IMG/VR virus record: IMGVR_UViG_3300020576_004326
Location: 1 to 64,000 of that record
From: a virus
Lineage: Duplodnaviria; Caudoviricetes
Length of the DNA: 64,000 nucleotides
Reading direction: 5' to 3' (one strand)
Shown here: in pieces, positions 36,869 to 45,890 of the stretch
How the letters are laid out: each line of letters begins with the position of its first letter
Numbering within the stretch: position 1 is the stretch's first letter
Made by a program: the position numbers and the translations under genes
Notes under the pieces: generated by a model
Database searches by the model: none
Seen by the model: the letters and a program-made list of their open reading frames with translations, nothing else
What the model was told of the DNA's origin: nothing

Positions 36869-36869
36869 G

Positions 36870-37235
36870 ATGGCTAAGCACAGCTGGACGAAATCTACAC
36901 TGGGTCACGGGGAGCAGATGTGCTCCAAGTGCGGAATCACGAACAGGGAAGCGTCGATCTTGGGCAAGCTAGAGTCGTGCAGCGTCGCCGACCCTCCTGC
37001 CGTGTACGCTGCCCCGTCGGAGGAAGGATACTACTGGGCGAAGCTGGTGACGCCCTCCGAGATGCCGGCCACCGAAGACTGGGTATCTGAGCAGTGGGAG
37101 ATCGTCGAGGTATTCGACAACAACGGCGAAGGCGACGAGAGTCTCGGCGTGGCGGTTCCTGGCGTTCCTCCCACGCAGTGGGTAAAGAACTTCACCTGGG
37201 GTCCTCGCATAGAGAAGCCCGACAACTTAGAGTAA
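36870..37235 (+). CDS. Hypothetical protein
   Basis: aggaga RBS; CSKC motif. Confidence 0.55.
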   Translation: MAKHSWTKSTLGHGEQMCSKCGITNREASILGKLESCSVADPPAVYAAPSEEGYYWAKLVTPSEMPATEDWVSEQWEIVEVFDNNGEGDESLGVAVPGVPPTQWVKNFTWGPRIEKPDNLE

Positions 37236-37248
37236 AGGAAGAGAAGCA

Positions 37249-37629
37249 ATGAGCATCGGTATATACTGCATCACCGAAGAGGCGTTAGAGATAATTCGCG
37301 CCTCCCTCAGAGTAGCAGCCGTGCGCGGCGGGGTGGTAACCGAAGCGGGCCGCACGATATCCGACGCAGAGTTCTCGCACGTACTGAGCGACGTGCTCCG
37401 GGCCGCGCCGCCGTCTAGGTGGGCCGCGAGGAACGAACCCGACCCCCACGACTCTCGCTACGACTGCGAGAGGAGCGAGCTGATCGGCGGCAACCTGTCC
37501 GACGACGAGGTCGCCAACGCAGTGTTCATGGCTCCAGACATACACACAACCACAATCGCCAAGGATCGCATCAGATGGCTATCGAGGAAGCTGGCCGAGA
37601 AGCAGAAGACTTCGCCCGCCAGCTCCTAG
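37249..37629 (+). CDS. Hypothetical protein
   Basis: aaggaag RBS. Confidence 0.5.
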   Translation: MSIGIYCITEEALEIIRASLRVAAVRGGVVTEAGRTISDAEFSHVLSDVLRAAPPSRWAARNEPDPHDSRYDCERSELIGGNLSDDEVANAVFMAPDIHTTTIAKDRIRWLSRKLAEKQKTSPASS

Positions 37630-38096
37630 CGCAGCGCAAGTTTCTGAAGCGCCTCGCGATCAAGCTGTCTGGCGGACGCGACGCGGAGGACCTGGTTCAA
37701 GAGACGCTGCTCAAGGCGCTTACGAAGCGGCACCTGTTCGACGGCACCAACTTGCCGGCGTGGCTCTCTACGGTGCTGCGCAACACTTTCCTGTCGCGGT
37801 ATCGCAAGTACCACCGCGAGATAGAAGACGTAGACGAGGCGGCCGCCCTGTCGCTCGTGCAGCACCCCAGCCAGCACCACACGGCCGAGCTGTCGGAGCT
37901 GTACGACGCACTTGCGCAGCTACCCTACGACCATCGCGAGACGCTGCTGATGATCGCCGTAGATCGTCTCAGCTACGCGGAGGTATCCGAACTGGCCGGC
38001 GTACCCGAAGGAACGGTAAAGAGCCGCGTATTTCGGGCGCGCGAGGCACTGGCACGCATACTGGGGGTGGAGCCGCCCCCGCGCGAAGATGAGTAA
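37575..38096 (+). CDS. ECF sigma factor, EcfG/RpoE2/SigT-like (general stress response)
   Basis: [49 protein letters not shown]...[11 protein letters not shown]. Confidence 0.88.
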   Translation: MAIEEAGREAEDFARQLLAQRKFLKRLAIKLSGGRDAEDLVQETLLKALTKRHLFDGTNLPAWLSTVLRNTFLSRYRKYHREIEDVDEAAALSLVQHPSQHHTAELSELYDALAQLPYDHRETLLMIAVDRLSYAEVSELAGVPEGTVKSRVFRAREALARILGVEPPPREDE

Positions 38097-38150
38097 AATC
38101 ACAGCAGAGGCTGCTACCGCACCTCTGCTTTTTTCTGGCGGAGAAACCCG

Positions 38151-39290
38151 ATGAATAACGACGGTACGCGAATCGAGGCTCCCTACTGCCTGTTCCTGGC
38201 AGACGCCACCGACCCCAAGGCGATCAAGACGGCGTCGGGCCTCGTAGAGTGGGCTCCGGATCGCGTGGCGTGCGAGTACGGCCTGCCGGGCTGCACCGTG
38301 TCCGCGGGAGTCCCGCGCGCCGAGACGCTCAACGAGGCGGTCGAGAAGTACGGCGCCAAGACACTCGTGGTCGGCGTCGTCACCAACACGGGAGACACGC
38401 TGCCCGCTCCCTGGAAGAAGGCCTTCCGCCTGGCCATGACCGCCGGCCTCGACGTCGCGAGCGGGATGCACGACAGGCTGTCCGACGACGCCACCCTCGT
38501 CCACTATTCGATGAACACGGGCACCCAGCTTCACGACTTTAGGTACACGCCCAAAGAGTACAAGATCGGCAAGGGCGTCCCGCGCCCCGGCATCCGCGTC
38601 ATGGTCGTCGGCCAAGACTGCAACATCGGCAAGAAGTACACGTCCGTCGCGCTCACTCGCGCGCTCGTCAACGCCGGCGTAGACGCCTCGTTCCGGCCCA
38701 CCGGCCAGACTGGCGCGCTTATCGCGGAGGGCGAGCGCAGCGTCGTGGTGGACACCGTCGTGTCCGACTTTCTGACGGGAGCCGTCGAGTGGCTGTGCCC
38801 GGCCGCGGCGCCCGACCACGTCGACGTGGTGGAAGGGCAGGGCTGCCTGTGGAGTCCCGGCAGTGGGCAGCTAGTCGTCTCGCTCATCTACGGCAGCCAG
38901 CCCGATTTCTTGGTGATGTGCGTCGATCCCCCGCGCACGAAGCTGCGCGGCCTCGACTACGAGGTTGTCGACCCCGTGTTCGATATAGAGTCGAATCTGC
39001 AGTTCGCGCGGCGCGTCAACCCGCACGCGAGGCTCCTCGGCATTTCGGTGAACCTCTCCCACGTTCCGCTCCACGAGACTGCCGCCGTCATGGCAAAGTA
39101 CGACGTCGTAGCCGGCTGCTTTCGCGGAAGCATCGGCAGTAAAGATTTCGTGCCGCGAGCGTTCGACCCCAACGACGCCGTCTCTATGTCGCGCGCCGTG
39201 TCGGCCGTGAAGCTGCTGGCGGAGCAGAACGCCGCGGGCAACCACCGCAACGTCTCCGACACGAAGTTCATGTCGGCGAAGACTTTCTGA
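38151..39290 (+). CDS. DUF1611 / DgcN-like protein, paralogue 1
   Basis: PYCLFLAD...KTASG, ASGMH, VGQDCNIGKKYT, FRPTGQTG, EGQG, GSQPD. Confidence 0.85.
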   Translation: MNNDGTRIEAPYCLFLADATDPKAIKTASGLVEWAPDRVACEYGLPGCTVSAGVPRAETLNEAVEKYGAKTLVVGVVTNTGDTLPAPWKKAFRLAMTAGLDVASGMHDRLSDDATLVHYSMNTGTQLHDFRYTPKEYKIGKGVPRPGIRVMVVGQDCNIGKKYTSVALTRALVNAGVDASFRPTGQTGALIAEGERSVVVDTVVSDFLTGAVEWLCPAAAPDHVDVVEGQGCLWSPGSGQLVVSLIYGSQPDFLVMCVDPPRTKLRGLDYEVVDPVFDIESNLQFARRVNPHARLLGISVNLSHVPLHETAAVMAKYDVVAGCFRGSIGSKDFVPRAFDPNDAVSMSRAVSAVKLLAEQNAAGNHRNVSDTKFMSAKTF

Positions 39291-39302
39291 GAGGACGATA
39301 CT

Positions 39303-40403
39303 ATGATGCTCCCGCACGAGTGCACCCCTCCCTACATCCTGTACCTGGGAGACTCGACCACGCTCGACGAGATAAAGACGGCGACCGGCCTGCTCAAGTG
39401 GCGCCCCGAGTGGTGCACGGGGTTCTACGCGGAACCCGAGTGCACCGTGACGCACGCGATGGGCAACCTCCCCCGCATATCTACCGTGCAGGAAGGCGTC
39501 ATACTGGGAGCCAAGACGTTCGTGATCTGCTGCGTCGCGCGCGGCAGCAAGCTATCGCCGGCGTGGTACGAGACGGTGGCCAACTGGATCAGTTCGGGCA
39601 GCGGCATCGACGTAGCCACCGGAACGCACGAGCGCATCAAGTCTCACCCCCAGTACGCCAAGCTGGCGGAGGCATCGGGCTGTCGCCTCGTAGACTATCG
39701 CCACCACGACACGCAGTACCCCCTGTGTCGCGGCGAGAAGCGCTCGGGTCTGCGCCTGCTCACTATCGGTCACGACGGCTGCGTCGGTAAGAAGTACACG
39801 TCGCTCGCCCTGTGTGCCGAGCTAAAGCGGCGCGGCATCGCTCACAAGTTCGCACCCACCGGACAGACGGGCGCGCTTATCGCAGGCGCCGAAGACAGGT
39901 CGATCGTGATCGACTCTACCGAGGCCGACTTCGCCTCGGGCGCCGCGGCGTGGCTCACGCCTCCCGCCGAAGACGCGGGCTTCTGGTACGTGATCGAGGG
40001 GCAGGCCAGCCTCTTCCACCCCGGCTGGGCTCCCCCGAGCCTCGCTCTACTCTACGGCAGCCAGCCCGACGCCCTCGTGTACTGCATCGACCCGACCCGT
40101 CGGCTGCAGCTAGGCACCGCCCTCCGAGTCGTCCCGATGGCTGCAGAGATCGACCTGAACCTGCAGCTGGCGCGGCGCGTCAATCGCGGCGTCGCTCCCT
40201 ACGCCGTGAGCGTGAACATGGCGAACGTGCCTCCCGAAGACTACGACCTCGTCATGGCCGGGGTGCGCGACGAGGTATCGCAGCTCAGCTACGACGTGTC
40301 GGTGATCGACCCCAATCGACCCGACACGTTCTACCACCTCATCGAGCGCATGGTGAGCCGCTCGGTAGAGGTGCGAACGCGCGCGGCGGAGGTGCCCGAA
40401 TAA
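39303..40403 (+). CDS. DUF1611 / DgcN-like protein, paralogue 2
   Basis: PYILYLGD...KTATG, ATGTH, IGHDGCVGKKYT, FAPTGQTG, EGQAS, GSQPD. Confidence 0.85.
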   Translation: MMLPHECTPPYILYLGDSTTLDEIKTATGLLKWRPEWCTGFYAEPECTVTHAMGNLPRISTVQEGVILGAKTFVICCVARGSKLSPAWYETVANWISSGSGIDVATGTHERIKSHPQYAKLAEASGCRLVDYRHHDTQYPLCRGEKRSGLRLLTIGHDGCVGKKYTSLALCAELKRRGIAHKFAPTGQTGALIAGAEDRSIVIDSTEADFASGAAAWLTPPAEDAGFWYVIEGQASLFHPGWAPPSLALLYGSQPDALVYCIDPTRRLQLGTALRVVPMAAEIDLNLQLARRVNRGVAPYAVSVNMANVPPEDYDLVMAGVRDEVSQLSYDVSVIDPNRPDTFYHLIERMVSRSVEVRTRAAEVPE

Positions 40404-41374
40404 TGGCGTCGATGGACCTCAAGCTGTGCAAGTCTTCGCTCTCTGTCGGAGCCAAGATACGCGACCTGTTCGAGCGCCACATGCGCGAGAAGCTGGGCAA
40501 GAAGAGCAAGCGCGTCGCTCTCTTGCTGTCGGGGGGCATCGACTCGGCGCTGGCGGGCATAGCGGCCACGCGCGCGGGTCACGAGGTGCACGCGTACACC
40601 TTCCGAATGGCAGGGCAGCCCGGCTTCGACGACAAGTGGGCCGAGCACACCGCCAAGGTGATGGGGTGGAAGTGGGAGCTGATAGAGCTTCCCACCGACC
40701 TCTACGCCGTGGCGGGCCTCGTGCCGATGATGCACGACGAGTTCGCCTGTCGCCTCAAGCGCAACTACGAGTGCCTCTGGCCTCTCCTGTTCTCCTACGC
40801 GAGCATCGAAGAGAAGTTCGTCGTGTCGGGCCTCGCGGCAGACAACCACTACATGCCGAACCGCAAAGCCCAGAAGCTGGGGGCGCGCGACGACAAGGGC
40901 GTATTCGACGAGCTCCGATCGGGGTCGTTCGCCAAGCTGCACGAGGGCGGCATAGACGCGCTGTCGCGAGACTACAACCCCGCTAACCTGTGGATGAACC
41001 TGCAGGCCGAGCGGCACTTCGGGAAGGTAGGAGTAAATCCCTACCTAGAGCGCGAGCTGTACGACCTGCTCCTCCCGTTCGACTGGAACCAGCTGCACAA
41101 GCCTCGGCAGAAGCACCACCTCGTGGGTGCGTACCCCGAGGTGATGAAGTACGTGGGGCACCGTAATCATCGTAACTACCAAAACGCCGGGATAGACACG
41201 CACTTCGAGAAGCTCCTCGAGACGCCTCTCAACATCAAGAACTCGCGCCGCGCGCTAGACATGTACGCGTCGTGGCGACACCACCCCAAAGATTTCGCGA
41301 AGGCGCTGTCTAAGGTGCGCGACAAGTACGCGGCGAAGGCCGAGAAGCTGCTTACGCGCAAGAGCAAGAGGTAG
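40403..41374 (+). CDS. Asparagine-synthetase-like ATP-dependent amide ligase (synthetase domain only)
   Basis: PP-loop LLSGGIDS, VVSGLAAD, NPYL; no Ntn glutaminase domain; TAATG coupling to paralogue 2. Confidence 0.75.
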   Translation: MASMDLKLCKSSLSVGAKIRDLFERHMREKLGKKSKRVALLLSGGIDSALAGIAATRAGHEVHAYTFRMAGQPGFDDKWAEHTAKVMGWKWELIELPTDLYAVAGLVPMMHDEFACRLKRNYECLWPLLFSYASIEEKFVVSGLAADNHYMPNRKAQKLGARDDKGVFDELRSGSFAKLHEGGIDALSRDYNPANLWMNLQAERHFGKVGVNPYLERELYDLLLPFDWNQLHKPRQKHHLVGAYPEVMKYVGHRNHRNYQNAGIDTHFEKLLETPLNIKNSRRALDMYASWRHHPKDFAKALSKVRDKYAAKAEKLLTRKSKR

Positions 41375-41378
41375 CAAA

Positions 41379-42470
41379 GTGAAAGCGATAGACTGGAGAG
41401 ACTCTGCGTCGCACAAGCTGGTTCGCTTCGTGTGCGAGCGCTACGGCGCAGTGGCCGCCGAGCTTGCGTTCGGGCTCACGCGCGGTACCGTTCGCGGCTT
41501 CGTGCACAGAGAGCGCGTAGTGATCGTTCCTTCTAGCCACGCCGACCAGTTCTCGGCTCACGCACTGGTAGAGTTCTGCATCAAGGAGGGCATCACGCAC
41601 GGCGGACTGCCCGCCACCGAAGGCGGGCACTTCGGGAACCCCGTCCTCGAAGAAGTCGCCGCCGTAGACTGCTCTAAGGTGCAGACGCGGTACCTCGCTC
41701 GTCTCACCGAGAAGACGCTGTACGCTACGTCTCCGCGTCCTAGAGCCGCTCCGAATCCTCCCGCTCCGAAGAAGGTCGCGGTGAAGCCGAAGGCGCTTCC
41801 AGTTCCCGCACCATCTACTGAACCCGTTGCGGAGAAAGAACCCGAGCCGAAGCCTGCGGTGGTTGAAGCGTCTGAGCCCGTCGAGGTCAAGGCGCCCGAG
41901 CCCGTAGCGAAAGCACCGGAGAATGCCGAGGCCTCCGCGCCCTCGGTTCCTAAGCACTCTTCTGCGCCTCATCCTCTTGCCCCCGCTCGCAGCGTAAGCG
42001 CGGCCTCGGCTCGGGTAGACGCACACCGCCCCGTTCGAGATCGCGTCCCTTCCGCAGCGGAGGTGCGCGCCCTAGAGTTCGACTCGACCGAAGACGTAGA
42101 GTACTTGGTCGAGGTTCCCGGAGAAGACGCGGCGCGACTCGCTCGTCTCCGCAAGAAGTTCCCGAACGCCGTCAACTTCTTCAAGGCCAAGGCGATAATG
42201 CAGGCGGGGGTGCGCACGAACGTGTGCCGTACCCCGCTGTGGGACCTCGACCCCGAGTGCCTGTCTACCGAGTCGCCGTATCGCGTCAAGTACAGCAACT
42301 ATCTCCGAGATCGCTCGCGCTACGTCTGCGGCAACCCGACAGAATCTACCGACTCGTTCACGTGCCGAGCCTGCGCCCGCGCACTGGGTGATCCCGTTCG
42401 CGGCAAGAGCTACGTGCGGTTTACAGGCAAGGGCGACGGGTCTGCGTCGCGCTTCGTTAAGAGGAGCTGA
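41379..42470 (+). CDS. GcrA-like transcriptional regulator (divergent)
   Basis: N-terminal W.D...GLTRGTVRGFVHR; Pro/Ala/Glu linker; C-terminal CRTPLWD...CG...C..C. Confidence 0.5.
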   Translation: MKAIDWRDSASHKLVRFVCERYGAVAAELAFGLTRGTVRGFVHRERVVIVPSSHADQFSAHALVEFCIKEGITHGGLPATEGGHFGNPVLEEVAAVDCSKVQTRYLARLTEKTLYATSPRPRAAPNPPAPKKVAVKPKALPVPAPSTEPVAEKEPEPKPAVVEASEPVEVKAPEPVAKAPENAEASAPSVPKHSSAPHPLAPARSVSAASARVDAHRPVRDRVPSAAEVRALEFDSTEDVEYLVEVPGEDAARLARLRKKFPNAVNFFKAKAIMQAGVRTNVCRTPLWDLDPECLSTESPYRVKYSNYLRDRSRYVCGNPTESTDSFTCRACARALGDPVRGKSYVRFTGKGDGSASRFVKRS

Positions 42471-42473
42471 CTC

Positions 42474-43037
42474 GTGCTGCTATCCGACGTAGACTTGTGC
42501 CGACTAGGCGAGTCGTTCATATCTCCCTTCACCCCGGAGCAGGTAAAGGTCTGCGACGCCGAGAGGCTCGTGTCCTACGGCGCCTCCAGCTACGGATACG
42601 ACGCGCGGCTGGCTCGCGAGTTCAAGGTGTTCACCGACCTCAAGTGCGCGGTCATGGACCCGAAGAACCCGCCCGACGACGCGTTCGTCTCGATGGAGGC
42701 TACGGCAGGTAAGCCGTTCGTGATCCCGCCGCGCGGTTACGTGCTCGGGCGCACCGTGGAGCACTTCTCGATGCCGCCCGACGTGCTCGGGCTCTGCGTC
42801 GGCAAGTCTACCTACGCGCGCTCGGGGCTCATCGTCAACGTGACGCCGCTAGAGCCTGCGTGGCGCGACTTCGTCACGCTAGAGTTTACGAACGCGCTGC
42901 CGATCCCCATGCTCGTCTACCCTGACGAGGGCATCTGTCAGTTCCTCTTCTTCCGCGGACCGCCCTGCCGCACGAACTACGCCGACCGCGGAGGTAAGTA
43001 TCAGGACCAGGTGGGCGTCGTTCTTCCCAAGATGTAG
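42474..43037 (+). CDS. dcd: dCTP deaminase
   Basis: SYGASSYGYD, GKSTYARSG, PLEPAW, YPDEGICQ, KYQDQ. Confidence 0.93.
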   Translation: MLLSDVDLCRLGESFISPFTPEQVKVCDAERLVSYGASSYGYDARLAREFKVFTDLKCAVMDPKNPPDDAFVSMEATAGKPFVIPPRGYVLGRTVEHFSMPPDVLGLCVGKSTYARSGLIVNVTPLEPAWRDFVTLEFTNALPIPMLVYPDEGICQFLFFRGPPCRTNYADRGGKYQDQVGVVLPKM

Positions 43038-43045
43038 GAGCAGCC

Positions 43046-43321
43046 GTGCTTAGGAACCTGAGAAGGACGCTACGCCTAGCGAAGAAGCTGCGCGACCCGC
43101 ACTTCTGCAGCAAGGCGGATCAGTGGCAGGGATCGTCGTGGGCACGCGAGCAGATATTCGCTGGCCGCGTGCACCACGTCGAGTTCGTGCTCGACGCTTC
43201 TGCCTACGACCGCGACGCGCACGACGATAATTTCTTGCGCGGCGCCCGTGACACTCTAATCTCGATGCTGATGGAGCCCGAGGTGGCTGCATACGTCATC
43301 GCCAACACCAGGAGAGACTGA
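43046..43321 (+). CDS. Hypothetical protein
   Basis: Fills the gap between dcd and the kinase. Confidence 0.45.
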   Translation: MLRNLRRTLRLAKKLRDPHFCSKADQWQGSSWAREQIFAGRVHHVEFVLDASAYDRDAHDDNFLRGARDTLISMLMEPEVAAYVIANTRRD

Positions 43322-44493
43322 TGGCGAAATATCGCGGGGTAGCGTTCGCGGGGTTCGGCGGCGTAGGCAAGAGCGAGGCTACGTCTTACGCCTGCGCTCT
43401 GCTCGACGCTCAGCGCGTGCACGTCAAAGACGTGCTGGGGGAGTGCATCGCACCCATGCTGCTGCGGCTGGGCGTGTCGGTACCCGAGCTGCACGACTAC
43501 GTGTACGGGGCGAAGAAAGACGCTCCGTTGCCTCTCGCGCCAGAGCTATCTGCGGTCAAGCTACTGCAGGCGCAAGGCAACGGATTCCTCCTAGACTGCG
43601 GAGACCCCATGCTCGCGCAGCGCCTCGTTCTCGATAAGTTCCCCGAGACGATACCCGTCGTAAACGAGAGCCTGCGCTACCCGCGCGAAGCCGCCTACCT
43701 CAAGAGTCGCGGCCTGTTCATCGTTCGCATCACGCGTCCAGGCTACGACGGAAAGCGCACCCTAGACGGCGCCCTGCACGAGAGCGAGCGCGGGGCGCTA
43801 GAGATCGACGCCGACGCCGAGATACTTAACGACGGCGACCTGTCGAAGCTGTTCGCAGGAGTGCGCGAGGTTCTAGACTACGCAGGTTTCTACATCACGC
43901 GCGAGCAGCGAACTGTAGGCCACGTAGTCGTGGTGAACGGCAAGCCGCGCGCCGGCAAAGACGAGTTCTGCGCGCTCGTCGCCAAGTACTGCGAGGCGCG
44001 GTGGATGATCCCTGTGGGCACGTTCTCCACCATCGACCCCGTGCGCGAGCTGCTCGCGCACGTAGACGTAGACGTTACGCAGAAGCGCCCGGAGGATCGG
44101 CGCCTCCTGTCGGTGCTCGGAGAGGAGCTGGAGCGTCACTCCGACTTCAAGACGAAGACGACGCTGCGGCGCACGGGGGATCACGCTACTCGCGGCATCG
44201 CCTTCGTGCACGCTCGCGAGGGGCACACCATCGAGAAGCTGCGCTCGCAGGTCGAGTGTATGCTCCCGCGTTCGACGTTCTCTACGCTGTGGCTGTCTCG
44301 CCCCGGCTACGACCACCCCGAGCCGTCGAACGACTCGGATCGCATCGACGGCTCCGAAGTCTGCTACGACTGGAGCGTCGCTAACTCGGGGTCGCTGCTA
44401 GACTTAGAGTTCGCCGCGGCGCGCTTCGCCGACCTGCTGCTGTCGGGCGCCGCGACGGCTCACGTAAACGCCCTGGGCATGTCTGCCCGATAG
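43321..44493 (+). CDS. Two-domain deoxynucleoside monophosphate kinase-like protein
   Basis: Two P-loops (GFGGVGKS; NGKPRAGKD); SLRYPRE...ITRPG...HESE...NDG; second domain HARE...SRPG...SND...NSGS. Confidence 0.7.
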   Translation: MAKYRGVAFAGFGGVGKSEATSYACALLDAQRVHVKDVLGECIAPMLLRLGVSVPELHDYVYGAKKDAPLPLAPELSAVKLLQAQGNGFLLDCGDPMLAQRLVLDKFPETIPVVNESLRYPREAAYLKSRGLFIVRITRPGYDGKRTLDGALHESERGALEIDADAEILNDGDLSKLFAGVREVLDYAGFYITREQRTVGHVVVVNGKPRAGKDEFCALVAKYCEARWMIPVGTFSTIDPVRELLAHVDVDVTQKRPEDRRLLSVLGEELERHSDFKTKTTLRRTGDHATRGIAFVHAREGHTIEKLRSQVECMLPRSTFSTLWLSRPGYDHPEPSNDSDRIDGSEVCYDWSVANSGSLLDLEFAAARFADLLLSGAATAHVNALGMSAR

Positions 44494-44504
44494 GAGAGAG
44501 AACC

Positions 44505-45197
44505 ATGACCAACATCAAGATCACGGTAGAGAGCTCCGACGACAAACTGCGTGCGACTACTCTCGCCTTCGTCTCGCAGCAGCTTCACTTCGTCGGGGTA
44601 AAATTCACCGCTCCCGCTGGATCGAGCAGCTCTACATCCGTAGCCGACATGAACGTGTTCCGCAACAGCTTCGTAACGCTCGCAGAAGAGAAGACGCTGC
44701 CCCAGCGAGGTGTCCGGCAGCATCCGTCCACCGCGCCGATCTCGGCGCACCCGAAGTTCGTAGACATGATTCGAGCGCGCGAATACGCCGCAGACATTGC
44801 GCGCCTCGTGAAGCCGCGGTTGGCTCATAACGTGGTCCTGTACTACACGGTATTCGTCGACTGCGCCAGTCACCGAGACGAGCTGGTCGCCTATTTCCTG
44901 AACAATCCCAAGACCAGTATAAAGGATCAAGTGCTAGTCGCCGCTTCGAGCTCCGAGCTACGCGGGTTCACCCGCATCGGCTACTTCGTGTTCGGCAAGC
45001 AGCCTCCGCTGCACGCTAGGGAGGCGCTGCGGCGCTCCACTTCGACCGTACTCGGCATCGTCAACAAGGCCGTGATGCCCTACTCCGAGAGCGACCCCGA
45101 CGAAGATGACGCCGACTTCGACCTCGACGACGATGACGACGATGACGACGTGCCGAGGAAAAAGTCTAAGGTTAAGAAGTCGTCGGTAGAAGACTGA
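44505..45197 (+). CDS. Hypothetical protein with acidic/basic tail
   Basis: aggaga RBS, 230 aa. Confidence 0.6.
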   Translation: MTNIKITVESSDDKLRATTLAFVSQQLHFVGVKFTAPAGSSSSTSVADMNVFRNSFVTLAEEKTLPQRGVRQHPSTAPISAHPKFVDMIRAREYAADIARLVKPRLAHNVVLYYTVFVDCASHRDELVAYFLNNPKTSIKDQVLVAASSSELRGFTRIGYFVFGKQPPLHAREALRRSTSTVLGIVNKAVMPYSESDPDEDDADFDLDDDDDDDDVPRKKSKVKKSSVED

Positions 45198-45209
45198 GGA
45201 GGACGCGTC

Positions 45210-45890
45210 ATGGCAAACGGATACGAGCAGCAGTACCTCGATCTCCTCGAGACGATCATGACGAAGGGAGTTCGCAAGCGCGACCGGACGGGAGTCGGAA
45301 CGACGTCTCTGTTCGGCGCCCAGCTTCGGTTCGACGTCGGCAGAGAGTTCCCTCTCCTGACGACGAAGAAGCTGTTCACGCACGCCATCATGGTGGAGCT
45401 TGAGTGGATGCTTCGCGGCCACACGAACGTCCAGTACCTGCAAGAGCGCAGATGCACCATCTGGGACGAGTGGGCAGACGAGAAGGGCGATCTGGGTCCC
45501 GTCTACGGCAAGCAGTGGCGTGAGTGGGCGCACGAAGTATGTGAAGAAGACCCACGCGGTGTCGTTAGTTCAATTTGCAGGGATGAACCCATCGACCAGA
45601 TCGCGCTGGCGCTCGACCTCCTCAAGAACGACCCCTACTCTCGTCGCAACGTCGTCACGGCGTGGAACCCCGCCGACAACCCAAAGATGGCGCTGACGCC
45701 CTGCCACTGCCTGTTTCAGTTTAACTGCAGGCCTCTTTCGGTACAAGAGAAGATAACCTTACTACGCGCTCGGGGTCGAGTCTTACCCGACGCGGGCGAC
45801 GCGGTATCGGGGCCGCAGTCGTCTACGGAATACCCGGCTGACCTAGGAGATGCTCCGCAGTTCTACATCGATCTGCATCTCTACCAGCGT
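45210..45890 (+). CDS. thyA: Thymidylate synthase, exon 1
   Basis: [36 protein letters not shown]. Confidence 0.92.

Noticed and set aside
36184-38100. GAGTAAA copies at 20326, 36185, 37230 and 38091 as extra promoter motif instances
   Set aside because: All coincide with a Glu codon plus TAA stop, so they are explained by gene ends and were not counted.
37900-38150. EcfG-type promoter (GGAAC-N16/17-CGTT) upstream of the DUF1611 operon
   Set aside because: The GGAAC near 38010 has no correctly spaced CGTT; no convincing instance was found by eye.
39812-40402. N-terminal extension of the amide ligase shown in the ORF track
   Set aside because: It is an overlapping frame of DUF1611 paralogue 2; the TAATG coupling at 40401-40405 marks the real start.
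40403-41374. QueC (7-deazaguanine pathway) assignment for the SGGxDS protein
   Set aside because: It lacks the QueC C-terminal Cys zinc motif, shows AsnB-type SGxxAD and PYL motifs, and no queD/queE/folE genes are in the window.
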